Part shown: positions 26,877 to 34,835 of the stretch, piece by piece
Numbering within the stretch: the first letter of the stretch is position 1
Layout: each line of letters opens with the position of its first letter
Source of the DNA: Abditibacteriota bacterium
GTDB lineage: Bacteria > Armatimonadota > UBA5829
Reading direction: 5' to 3'
Length of the DNA: 50,539 nt
NCBI GenBank assembly: GCA_017959625.1
Contig: JAGDAG010000202.1
Coordinates: 1-50,539 of the forward strand
Program-made: the position numbers and the translations under genes
The notes under the pieces: generated by a model
Told to the model about the DNA's origin: nothing
Database searches by the model: none
What the model saw: the letters and a program-made list of their open reading frames with translations, nothing else

Positions 26877-27816
26877 TGTATTCTCCAGAAACGTCGGCAA
26901 AGGGTGTCACAAGACATCTGCCGCCTTTATTGAATATTTTATACGGATACCCCGCGGGAACGAGACAGGACATACTGTCCGGCAGGGTGATATTCCAGTT
27001 TTCGTCGGGGCCCTTCAGTGAAAGATCTCCGGATACGGCGGTAAGCACATGGTCGTGATCTATGGAAACGATATCCGTTTCCGTTCCCAGAAGCTCCGTC
27101 ACCCAGAAGGCGGGAAACTGCGTGAGATACCGCACGCCCTCTGCCTTCACGTCGTAATGCACGTCAAGCACGGGCTTGTCCTTCCGGCCGGAAGAAGCGG
27201 CCTTTGCCCCCTCCTCCGCGTGCAGCGCCCTGCCCCTGTTGTAATCGAACAGACGGTAGGTTATCTGGCACTGCTCGCTGACCTCAAAGCACACTATGCC
27301 CGGACCCACTGCGTGGATGGTGCCGGTAGGCACGTTGAAATAGTCGCCGGGTTTCAGAGAGCCGTATTTTTTCAGCCGGCTCATCACCTCTTCTTCGCCG
27401 CTGCCCGAAGCGGCAAGAGCGCAGTAGTCTGCGGGCGAGATGCCCCCGGCCACGTCCAGAAACAGATATGCGTCCGGTTGGGCGTCAAGGATATACCACA
27501 TCTCGTCTTTTGTCCTGCCCTCCTCCGTGGGATGCACCTGAACGGAAAGCTTTTCGGCGGAATCGATGATCTTCACCACTATGGGGAGGTCGATGACGCT
27601 GTCCAGACTCTTTCCCGCCAGAGGGCCGTTTTTTATTACGCTTACGGTTTTGAGAGAAGGATCTCCGGGATCGGAAGGCCAGGTGGACATATCCCAGCAT
27701 TCGCCGATATCGCTGGTCATACCGCTGCGCCCCTTATAAAGGGCCGAAACTCTGCCTGCCCCCCATACCCGGGGCACCGCCACGGGCTCCGTGAGCAGAG
27801 GATAATCACATTTCAT
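26869..27816 (-). CDS. manA: class I mannose-6-phosphate isomerase (cupin)
   Basis: 315 aa. Contains VWGAG, LSVQVHP, DEMWYIL, TIHAVGPG and YRLFDYNR. Confidence 0.85.
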   Translation of the reverse strand: MKCDYPLLTEPVAVPRVWGAGRVSALYKGRSGMTSDIGECWDMSTWPSDPGDPSLKTVSVIKNGPLAGKSLDSVIDLPIVVKIIDSAEKLSVQVHPTEEGRTKDEMWYILDAQPDAYLFLDVAGGISPADYCALAASGSGEEEVMSRLKKYGSLKPGDYFNVPTGTIHAVGPGIVCFEVSEQCQITYRLFDYNRGRALHAEEGAKAASSGRKDKPVLDVHYDVKAEGVRYLTQFPAFWVTELLGTETDIVSIDHDHVLTAVSGDLSLKGPDENWNITLPDSMSCLVPAGYPYKIFNKGGRCLVTPFADVSGEYNE

Positions 27817-27849
27817 AAAAAACTCCGGATCTTAATAACATACAATTTT

Positions 27850-27878
27850 ATTATAACTGAATAATTATTATATTTCAA
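27850..27878 (-). promoter_or_regulatory. promoter of the manA-to-GH78 gene string
   Basis: The minus strand reads TTGAAA (27878..27873), a 17-nt spacer, then TATAAT (27855..27850), in an AT-rich gap. Confidence 0.55.
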
Positions 27879-27912
27879 CAAAAAAAACGGCCGCCCCTCC
27901 GCCGGAGCCGAA

Positions 27913-27941
27913 ACAAAAAAAAGCCCCCCGAAGGGGGCTTT
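27913..27941 (-). terminator. intrinsic terminator of the porin gene
   Basis: The minus strand reads AGCCCCC-UUCG-GGGGGCU followed by UUUUUUUUG, 13 nt after the stop. Confidence 0.85.
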
Positions 27942-27953
27942 GATTCCTGAGAA

Positions 27954-29672
27954 TTAGAAGTTGACAGAAAGCTGACCTGCTACAAGGTGAGTCTTTTCCA
28001 GATCCTCATACTTGAGGTACTGATACATCATCTTGATCTTGGCGTTCTGTCCGACCTTGCGGTTCCAGCCAACGGTGATGGCGTCATCCTTGTAAACGTC
28101 CTTGGCCTGCTCGTATTCCACGAACACGTTGTCCAGAGCGCTCACGTCGTAGCTGATACCTGCCTTCATATACTTCATATCGTCGAAGAATATGGGCATA
28201 TTGTCGTCTTCAGGCTTGTAGTTCTTGTAAGTCCCGTAAACCTTGAAGGCGTCGGTGAAGTTGTAAGCAGCGTCAACGTAGAAGCCCTTGTAGTTGTCGC
28301 CGGCGTAGGTATCGAAGATCTTGTCCTGGATGGCAACGCCGTAGTAACCGGACTCAATGTTCTTGTAGCCGGCAGAAATGTCCAGCTTGTCGTTGGCAAA
28401 GCCCAGTTTGGCATCCCACATAGAAGCCTTGCTATAGCCCTTGTTGGGCTTGTACTGCATCCAGCCGCCGTCCACGTAGAACTGGCCGAAGGGAACGTAA
28501 AGGGTTGCGCCGTAGAATTCGGGCTTGTCAACCATCTTCTTGATCCGCTCGGGAGCAGCCATCTTGGTGTAAACAGCAGTGATGCGGGCATCGCCGAAGT
28601 TGAAGCCAACCTGGCCGCCGAGGTTAACGGAAACCTTTACAGGCTCGCCTTCAACACCGGTGAAGTAAGGCAGCTGCCAATCGTACCAGTCGTAAACAGG
28701 GCGGTTGCCCCAGAACTTTACGTCAACAGCGCCGAAGCTCTTGGCATACTCGTAACCTTCAACGGAGAAGTTTCCGTCATCCAGTCTGTCGATGTCGAAG
28801 TAGGAGCTTTCCTTATATCTCTTGAAGAGATAGTTGTTGATCTGGAAAGGCATGCGGCCGATCCGGATGTCGCCCCACTTCTCATCGGAAGAAACGGCAT
28901 ACATGTAGTAAGGAGTGATGTCGCTCAGGCTGCTGAAAGTCCTCTCGATGGTGTTGTTGTCAACGTTGAAGTTGTTCTTGTTGGCCCAGTCGCCCATCAC
29001 CAGGGTGGTGTAAAGATTGATCTTATCGTTTACTCTGCCCTTGATGTCCAGCTGAACGTCCTTGAAGAAGGACTGCTTTCTCTTGGCAAGATGCCAGATA
29101 TCGTTGTAACCGTCGATATCCATTGCGGGCTCGTCGCCGGAGATGACGTCTTTGACCATGAAGTTGGCGGCGCCGGTGATCTTTACGCGGGCCTGCTCAT
29201 CTTCCAGAGCGGCAACGCGGCTCTTCAGAGCGGCAACGTCGGCCTTCAGTACGTTTACGTCAACACCCAGAGCGGCCAGTTCGGAAGCGAACTCGTCGGC
29301 CAGAGCCTGGATCTTGTTCAGAGCGTCGGCAGTGGCAAGACCGGAAAGATCGGCCTCGGTGCCGGGCTTGTAGTCGTCCTTGAGCATATACTTGTCAAGG
29401 TCGGACTTTCTTGCGAAACCGCTTACGTCGGTCCCGTCCTCACCCAGGAAGGGGAGCAGACGGCAGAGAACCACCGCGAATTCGTAGCGGGTCATAGTTC
29501 TCTTTCCCTTGAACTCGCCGTCGGGATAACCGATCACGAGCCCCAGAGACTCGAGTTCGCTTACGGCATCATATGCCCAATGATCACGGGGAACATCGGA
29601 GAAGGTGCTCTGTGCGAACATAGGAGCAGCCAGCGCGAATACGATGGCTATTACCATAATTAACTTTTTCAT
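27954..29672 (-). CDS. outer-membrane porin with N-terminal SLH domain, coiled-coil linker and C-terminal beta-barrel (OmpM/Slp-like)
   Basis: Starts at the internal MKKLIMVIAIVFALAAPMFAQS signal peptide (ATG 29672, AAGAGGA upstream). SLH motif FSDVPRDHWAYDAVSELESLGLVIGYPDGEFKGKRTMTRYEF. Heptad-like segment ALNKIQALADEFASELAALGVDVNVLKADVAALKSRVAALEDE. Then alternating Tyr/Gly-rich beta strands ending in ...QLSVNF (terminal Phe). Confidence 0.85.
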   Translation of the reverse strand: MKKLIMVIAIVFALAAPMFAQSTFSDVPRDHWAYDAVSELESLGLVIGYPDGEFKGKRTMTRYEFAVVLCRLLPFLGEDGTDVSGFARKSDLDKYMLKDDYKPGTEADLSGLATADALNKIQALADEFASELAALGVDVNVLKADVAALKSRVAALEDEQARVKITGAANFMVKDVISGDEPAMDIDGYNDIWHLAKRKQSFFKDVQLDIKGRVNDKINLYTTLVMGDWANKNNFNVDNNTIERTFSSLSDITPYYMYAVSSDEKWGDIRIGRMPFQINNYLFKRYKESSYFDIDRLDDGNFSVEGYEYAKSFGAVDVKFWGNRPVYDWYDWQLPYFTGVEGEPVKVSVNLGGQVGFNFGDARITAVYTKMAAPERIKKMVDKPEFYGATLYVPFGQFYVDGGWMQYKPNKGYSKASMWDAKLGFANDKLDISAGYKNIESGYYGVAIQDKIFDTYAGDNYKGFYVDAAYNFTDAFKVYGTYKNYKPEDDNMPIFFDDMKYMKAGISYDVSALDNVFVEYEQAKDVYKDDAITVGWNRKVGQNAKIKMMYQYLKYEDLEKTHLVAGQLSVNF

Positions 29673-29859
29673 TTTTATCCTCTTGAGATTTTGCACTTTG
29701 TTTCCAAGAGAACGCAGTATCCTTGTTCCCTGCAGTTCCCGTCCGGAAACAGTTGTGTTTTGTTTTGGATTTTCGGCTTGACCCTGGGCACTCACAGCAT
29801 ACTCAAGAATAATATCACCCCCTTCTCGGCTGCGCCTTTGTTGAGGTCAATCCATTATG

Positions 29860-29888
29860 ATTATAAAACAAAACGGCCGGTATGTCAA
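29860..29888 (-). promoter_or_regulatory. consensus promoter of the porin gene (about 180-nt 5' UTR)
   Basis: The minus strand reads TTGACA (29888..29883), a 17-nt spacer, then TATAAT (29865..29860). An A/T tract immediately upstream (29889..29917) could be an UP element. Confidence 0.7.
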
Positions 29889-29917
29889 CTTTTTTTGAAA
29901 AAAAAGCGTTTTTTTTC

Positions 29918-30031
29918 TTTTCCACAGGCTCCTGCGAGGGATTTCACAAGGTTTTCCACAATATCAACAGCCTGCCGCAGCTTTTCCACAACTGTGAATA
30001 ACCCTGTGGATAACTCCCGCATTTTTCCACC
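29918..30031. promoter_or_regulatory. cluster of six DnaA-box-like 9-mers (candidate oriC or DnaA-binding regulatory locus)
   Basis: TTTTCCACA at 29918-29926, 29952-29960 and 29982-29990 (plus orientation). TGTGAATAA at 29993-30001 (= TTATTCACA, minus). TGTGGATAA at 30005-30013 (= perfect TTATCCACA, minus). TTTTCCACC at 30023-30031. All lie in non-coding DNA. Confidence 0.6.
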
Positions 30032-30073
30032 GGCCTTAATGAAAACCCGCCGTTTTGCCTTCGGGGACCTGTT

Positions 30074-30104
30074 AAAACCGCGGCCCGGGGCGCCCGGTTT
30101 TTTT
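30074..30104 (+). terminator. orphan terminator-like GC hairpin with A4/T7 flanks
   Basis: AAAACCG-CGGC-CCGGGGC-GCC-CGGTTTTTTT. No annotated plus-strand gene ends here. It lies 8 nt upstream of the hrcA -35. Confidence 0.4.
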
Positions 30105-30111
30105 CCGCTTC

Positions 30112-30141
30112 TTGACAACAAAAAAACTTTTACTGTAAAAT
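30112..30141 (+). promoter_or_regulatory. hrcA promoter
   Basis: TTGACA (30112-30117), an 18-nt spacer, then TAAAAT (30136-30141). Confidence 0.6.
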
Positions 30142-30159
30142 AAAACTGTTCATGTTGAA

Positions 30160-31191
30160 TTGTTCGGGTACGGAAAAGTGAGCATTCTGTTAAAGGAAAG
30201 AAAAGCAAAAATACTTCAGCTGCTGGTCCAGGACTACATAGAGAACTGCGAGCCGGTAGGCAGCAAACGGATCGCGGAAAACTACGGCATAGAGGTCCGT
30301 TCCGCCACCATAAGGAACGAGATGGCCGAGCTTTCGGAAATGGGTCTCCTCACCCAGCCCCACAGGTCCGCCGGACGGATACCCTCCGAGCTGGGCTACA
30401 GGGTGTTCGTGGATTCCCTTATGGAACGCTGCAGCATGCCCTCCGAAGCCTCCCGCATCATAACCCGGGCCCTCAGGCAGAAAAACGAGATCGAGATGCT
30501 GGTCTCCGCCGCCTGCCGGGTGCTTTCGGAGCTGTGCGGCTACGCCGCCGCCGCCTGCTATCCCAGCATGAAAAACAGCTATATCAACTACATCTCCCTC
30601 GCGAGATACGGAGCAAAAAGGCTGCTCCTGGTGGCGGGCACCTCCGATTCCCTCATAATCCACAGGCTTTTGAACACGGAAAAGCCCCTTTTTTCCATGG
30701 ATTCCGCCATAAACTTTCTCACTTCGGTCTACAGGGGCAGGCTCGTTTCGGACATAGTTCAGATGTCCCCCGCCGAGGGCATGTTCGCTCCGGTCTCCGC
30801 CGAATTTCTGGAAGCGGTGAAAAGCGAGGGCAGAGACAAGAGAGACAGAAAATTTTATTACGAAGGCATAGGCAGGCTCCTCAGGCTCCCGGAATTCCGC
30901 AGCGTGGAGAACCTGGAAGCCCTGATAAACGTGCTGGAAAACGACTCCCTCATGGAAAAGATCACCGGCTTTGCCGAAAGCGCAGAGCCCGCGGTGCGCA
31001 TAGGCTCCGAAACGGGGATCCCCGCCCTTTCCGGATATTCCGTGGTCTCGGCGGGATACCGCCTTTCCGACAAGCCGGCGGGAGGCATAGCCGTCATCGG
31101 CCCCACCAGGATGGATTATTCCCGGTCCATAGCCGCCGCCGACCTTGTGAGGGAACAGCTGGAAATAATGCTCAACAGCATTCTGAAATAA
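30160..31191 (+). CDS. hrcA: heat-inducible transcriptional repressor HrcA
   Basis: Has an N-terminal winged-helix region (ILQLLVQDYIENCEPVGSKRIAE...RSATIRNEMAELSEMGLLTQPHRSAGRIPS). The track start is TTG 30160. GTG 30178 (VSILLKERKAK) is an equally plausible start. Confidence 0.88.
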   Translation: MFGYGKVSILLKERKAKILQLLVQDYIENCEPVGSKRIAENYGIEVRSATIRNEMAELSEMGLLTQPHRSAGRIPSELGYRVFVDSLMERCSMPSEASRIITRALRQKNEIEMLVSAACRVLSELCGYAAAACYPSMKNSYINYISLARYGAKRLLLVAGTSDSLIIHRLLNTEKPLFSMDSAINFLTSVYRGRLVSDIVQMSPAEGMFAPVSAEFLEAVKSEGRDKRDRKFYYEGIGRLLRLPEFRSVENLEALINVLENDSLMEKITGFAESAEPAVRIGSETGIPALSGYSVVSAGYRLSDKPAGGIAVIGPTRMDYSRSIAAADLVREQLEIMLNSILK

Positions 31192-31204
31192 AAAGGAAAA
31201 AACA

Positions 31205-32059
31205 ATGTATATGACAGGTTTTGCCGACGAGGCAGCAAACAGCATAGAGGGCCAGATAAAGGCCACAAAGGAGCTCGGCTGGAAATACATAGAAGCCAGA
31301 TCCGTAAACGGGGCAAACATCCACGATATATCCGACGAAGACTTTGACGCGGTCTGCGGGAAGCTGGAGGAAGCGGGGATAAAGATCAACTGCTTCGGTT
31401 CGGCCATCGCCAACTGGGGCAAGGACATACGCAAGCCCTTTGACGCGGATCTTGAGCAGATAAACAGGGCGATACCCCGCATGAAGAGGCTGGGAACGTC
31501 TCTTATAAGGATCATGAGCTACGCCGTGATCCCCGACAGCGAGGAACAATACAGCAAAGAACGCTTCCGCAGGCTGAGGGAGATGCAGCGTATGTTTTCC
31601 TCGGAAGGCATCACCATGGTGCACGAGAACTGCATGAACTACGGCGGCATCAGCTATAAACATACTCTGGAGCTGGTGGAAAACGTTCCCGGGCTGAAGC
31701 TGGTCTTCGACACCGGCAACCCCGTTCAGACAAAGGATTTCTTCCGCCCCGGAAAGATGCAGTCCTCTTACGAATTCTATTCCAACGTAAAAGAGCATAT
31801 CGCATATATCCACATAAAAGACGGCGTGATGAAAGACGGCAAAACTGTCTGGACCTTTCCCGGAGAGGGCGAAGGCGACGTGAAAAAGATCCTTGCCGAC
31901 CTTCTTGCTTCCGGCTATGACGGAGGCATCTCCATAGAGCCCCATATAGACGTGGTCTATCACCGGCAGGGGGACAAAAAGCCCGAAGACGCCCTGAGGT
32001 ATGAAAACTACGTGAAATACGGCAGGATGACCGAAGAGATCATAAAGTCCCTGAAATAA
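31205..32059 (+). CDS. sugar phosphate isomerase/epimerase (xylose isomerase-like TIM barrel)
   Basis: 284 aa. Family-typical segments LIRIMSY, VHENC, LVFDTGN, HIKDG and ISIEPH. Lies 13 nt after hrcA. Confidence 0.78.
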   Translation: MYMTGFADEAANSIEGQIKATKELGWKYIEARSVNGANIHDISDEDFDAVCGKLEEAGIKINCFGSAIANWGKDIRKPFDADLEQINRAIPRMKRLGTSLIRIMSYAVIPDSEEQYSKERFRRLREMQRMFSSEGITMVHENCMNYGGISYKHTLELVENVPGLKLVFDTGNPVQTKDFFRPGKMQSSYEFYSNVKEHIAYIHIKDGVMKDGKTVWTFPGEGEGDVKKILADLLASGYDGGISIEPHIDVVYHRQGDKKPEDALRYENYVKYGRMTEEIIKSLK

Positions 32060-32080
32060 AGCCGCCCCGTAAAAGAACAA

Positions 32081-32113
32081 AAGCCTGTATGCCCCGGAAA
32101 GGCATACAGGCTT
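32081..32113. terminator. bidirectional intrinsic terminator
   Basis: AAGCCTGTATGCC-CCGGAAA-GGCATACAGGCTT forms a perfect 13-bp stem between convergent genes. TTTAAAG lies on the plus side and a run of A on the other. Confidence 0.85.
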
Positions 32114-32127
32114 TTAAAGTCCTATGG

Positions 32128-32643
32128 TTATTTTTCGGTCTTTTCGCAGGTGGGTCCGGTCTTGTCAGCCGCGATCTTTTCGGGCAGCTTTTCGTCTCCC
32201 GCCTTCATGGTGCGCCAGAACTCTCTGAAATACTGGGTGTCCGTAGTCACGGTGCGCTCGGTGTAGGGATCCTTCTCCGTCATGTTTATCCACAGTTCGT
32301 CGTTCTTTTTTAAAGTGAAAAAGCCGTAGATGCCGGTGACGTATTTGCCGTCTTCGTATTCCTTCTTGGCATTCATGAACTTCCCGTTGTTGTACACGTT
32401 CCCGTAAAGCTTGGCCGTGCGGTAATAGTAGCCGTCGGCGCCCAGGCTGTAGTAGCCTATGCCGAAATACCCGTCCTGTTCAACGAACAGATATTCCTTG
32501 TATTCGTAATCAAGACTGGTATAAATATATTCGCCTTCGTATTTGCTGTGATCGTCCCAGTAGTCACTCGAAGACGAACCGCAGCCGGAAAACAGCGCCG
32601 CAGCCATTATGAGCAGAACGGCAAAAAATAAACCTTTTTTCAT
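32128..32643 (-). CDS. small Tyr/Gly-rich lipoprotein, function unknown
   Basis: Starts at MKKGLFFAVLLIMAAALFSGC (lipobox). ATG 32643 with GGAGG 5 nt upstream. The track start 32655 is less likely. Confidence 0.75.
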   Translation of the reverse strand: MKKGLFFAVLLIMAAALFSGCGSSSSDYWDDHSKYEGEYIYTSLDYEYKEYLFVEQDGYFGIGYYSLGADGYYYRTAKLYGNVYNNGKFMNAKKEYEDGKYVTGIYGFFTLKKNDELWINMTEKDPYTERTVTTDTQYFREFWRTMKAGDEKLPEKIAADKTGPTCEKTEK

Positions 32644-32674
32644 TTTTTCCTCCAAAACGGTTCTTCATTATCCA

Positions 32675-32683
32675 TTATAGCAT
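32675..32683 (-). promoter_or_regulatory. extended -10 element (TGCTATAAT) upstream of the small lipoprotein gene
   Basis: The minus strand reads TGCTATAAT 32 nt upstream of ATG 32643. Confidence 0.45.
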
Positions 32684-32699
32684 ATAATACGGTATTTTT

Positions 32700-33584
32700 C
32701 TATTGGAGCAGCCCCAGACAAAGCTCCAGCAGCGCCTCTTCGTCAAGGTCCTCGGCTACGGTGCAGTTTTTCACCGGCGCTCCGAAATCGGCCACGGTAT
32801 ATCCCCTGGTCCAGCGCCCCTCCAGCTCCGTATGCAGGGCGCATTCCCTTACCCGGAACAGCTCGGGGTTGGTAAGATAGAACACCGGAGCGATGTCATA
32901 CAGCACGGGATGCTTTCCCCACCACAGATCGGCGCTCTCCCTTATGATCCTGTGGACGGGATTGTCCATATCGTCAAACGCTTTCACCATACGGTCCTCT
33001 TCAAGGACAAGCTTTTTCGTGGGAGTATAGGGAGCGGCAAATACCGGGATGCCGCTGTTGAACACCACCTCGGAGGCCTCGGGGTCGCACATGATGTTGT
33101 GTTCGGGATGCATCTTCTGTATCTCTCCGCCCATAACGTTAAAGCCGGCGACCTTTCGGGAAAGGGGAGCGTAACCTGTCGCCAGCTCCGCCGCATTTGT
33201 CATAGCGCCCTCGCATATAACGCTGACAGGCTCGTCGGAGGAATCGAGGACGCGGGTCATCAGACTGTATGCATCGGGATATTTTCCTATGGGCATATCC
33301 GCTGCAAATCTGTCATAACCCGTATCCGGCGCTATGTGGGGAGCGTATTGGTTCCTGAGTATGCGGGCAAGGCTTATGCTTTTGCCCACCCCTACGGGCA
33401 CGTGTCCGGCCCCCGCCATGTCCAGCACCTTGCGCACGTAGCGGGCCTTGCTCATGACGTCGGCGTGGACCACGGTCACCGCCTTCAGCTCTATGGCGGG
33501 ATGGAACACGCAGCACAGCAGCGCAAACAGATCGTCGATATCGTCGCAGATATCGGTATCGAATATCACAGGTATCTTTTTCAC
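32700..33584 (-). CDS. nucleoside hydrolase (IUNH family)
   Basis: 294 aa. Has the N-terminal aspartate fingerprint VIFDTDICDDIDD and a later NIMCDPEA. Confidence 0.82.
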   Translation of the reverse strand: MKKIPVIFDTDICDDIDDLFALLCCVFHPAIELKAVTVVHADVMSKARYVRKVLDMAGAGHVPVGVGKSISLARILRNQYAPHIAPDTGYDRFAADMPIGKYPDAYSLMTRVLDSSDEPVSVICEGAMTNAAELATGYAPLSRKVAGFNVMGGEIQKMHPEHNIMCDPEASEVVFNSGIPVFAAPYTPTKKLVLEEDRMVKAFDDMDNPVHRIIRESADLWWGKHPVLYDIAPVFYLTNPELFRVRECALHTELEGRWTRGYTVADFGAPVKNCTVAEDLDEEALLELCLGLLQ

Positions 33585-33600
33585 AGGTCTTCCTCCTTGC

Positions 33601-33792
33601 TTACTGACGCTGCTTCAGGCGGTCCTCCGCCAGCTTTCTTATGCTCCTGTCGTAGGTCTTCTCCGCTTCCTTGCTGAAAAAGCATGCCGGGACCTCGCCG
33701 GAGGGGCGGTGGTACGCCACGCATTCACAGCATTTTCCGTGGTTGGCGCAGGGGTAGGTGCAAGGGCATTCTCTTTTGTTTGAACAGGACAT
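33601..33792 (-). CDS. small cysteine-rich (putative metal-binding) protein, 63 aa
   Basis: [39 protein letters not shown]... has 8 Cys and 2 His in the first 37 aa. AAGGAG lies 7 nt upstream of ATG 33792. The start of track ORF 33601..33885 overlaps the upstream gene. Confidence 0.65.
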   Translation of the reverse strand: MSCSNKRECPCTYPCANHGKCCECVAYHRPSGEVPACFFSKEAEKTYDRSIRKLAEDRLKQRQ

Positions 33793-33803
33793 TTGTGTTC
33801 TCC

Positions 33804-34826
33804 TTATGCTTCCGTATTTTTTATGTTCCGCCAGCTTCTGTAAACCTGAAAAACGTTTTCGGGGGCGCTGTCGCCGAATTCGCACTGGCCGATGACGCCG
33901 CCCTTCTTATACAGGCGGCGGTAAACCTCTTTGACGGCCTTGTCTATATCCTCCGGGGTGCCGGTGCGCAGCAGGTGCTGCCGGTCTATCTCGCCGCAGA
34001 AGGTTATTTTGCCGGCGAAGGGCTCCAGGTTTTCCAGGCCCATGCAGAATATCTGGCTGTTGAGCATATCCAGCCCCAGCTCCACAAGGTCGGGATAGAT
34101 CTCCAGGATACAGCCGTCGGAGTGCATGAATATCTTTTTCCCGGCGGCGTGGGCTATGTCGATAAAGTTCTTGTATATGGGCTTGAAATACGCCCTCCAC
34201 AATTCCGGAGAGATCAGCAGGCTTTTCTGGGAGCCCCAGTCGTCCATGAACAGCAGGCAGTCCACGTCGGTTTTGGCCCACAGCTCCATGCACCTGTAGT
34301 AAAACGACGCCATTTCGTCCAGAAAGCTTTTCATGTTTTTGTCTTCGTCCATAAGGTCCATATACAGCTGGACCGTGCCTCTTATGAACTGCAGCTGCTC
34401 AAAGGGGCGGGGGCAGCAGCCCGCTTTGACGAACTTGTCGGTTTTGGCGCAGTCCCTGTTGATGGCGTCCGGGTCTATGGTGAGCCATTCCGTGGGGAAG
34501 TGCACTTTGGCCCTGTCGGCCTCCCAATCCCTGACCAGGGGGTCCTTGACCTCGCCTATGACTCCCGCCTGGATATTCTCGAAGATGCAGCCCCAGGAAT
34601 CCCGGAAGGAGCCTATGGCGTAGGGGTCCCCCCGGGCGTAGTCCGGCTCGGAGCAGTAGGGCGCCACGCCGGTGGTGTCAAAGTTGTCGTATTCCGCAAA
34701 AAGGGCTTCCACCTTGCCGGGATATTTTATCTGGGCGATGGGCAGATACCACAGCTCCAGGGGTATCCTGGCGGGGTCTTCAAAATTAAGGGTCTGATAG
34801 ACCAGTTCTCTCGATGTGGCCGGCAT
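33804..34826 (-). CDS. uroporphyrinogen decarboxylase (URO-D) family protein (paralog 2)
   Basis: 340 aa. Layout mirrors paralogs 1 and 3 ([28 protein letters not shown]). Confidence 0.78.
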   Translation of the reverse strand: MPATSRELVYQTLNFEDPARIPLELWYLPIAQIKYPGKVEALFAEYDNFDTTGVAPYCSEPDYARGDPYAIGSFRDSWGCIFENIQAGVIGEVKDPLVRDWEADRAKVHFPTEWLTIDPDAINRDCAKTDKFVKAGCCPRPFEQLQFIRGTVQLYMDLMDEDKNMKSFLDEMASFYYRCMELWAKTDVDCLLFMDDWGSQKSLLISPELWRAYFKPIYKNFIDIAHAAGKKIFMHSDGCILEIYPDLVELGLDMLNSQIFCMGLENLEPFAGKITFCGEIDRQHLLRTGTPEDIDKAVKEVYRRLYKKGGVIGQCEFGDSAPENVFQVYRSWRNIKNTEA

Positions 34827-34835
34827 AATGATCTC

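Noticed and set aside
29783-29810. GGGCACTC...ACTCAAGAA examined as a possible CIRCE (HrcA operator)
   Set aside because: Only the left half loosely resembles TTAGCACTC and there is no GAGTGCTAA partner. It also lies inside the porin 5' leader, on the wrong side of the hrcA promoter.
29691-30208. Track ORFs 29691..30143(+) and 29885..30208(-) in the porin-hrcA gap considered as genes
   Set aside because: They have no RBS and odd composition. They run across two promoters, the A/T tract, the DnaA boxes and a terminator-like hairpin, so the region is better explained as regulatory DNA.
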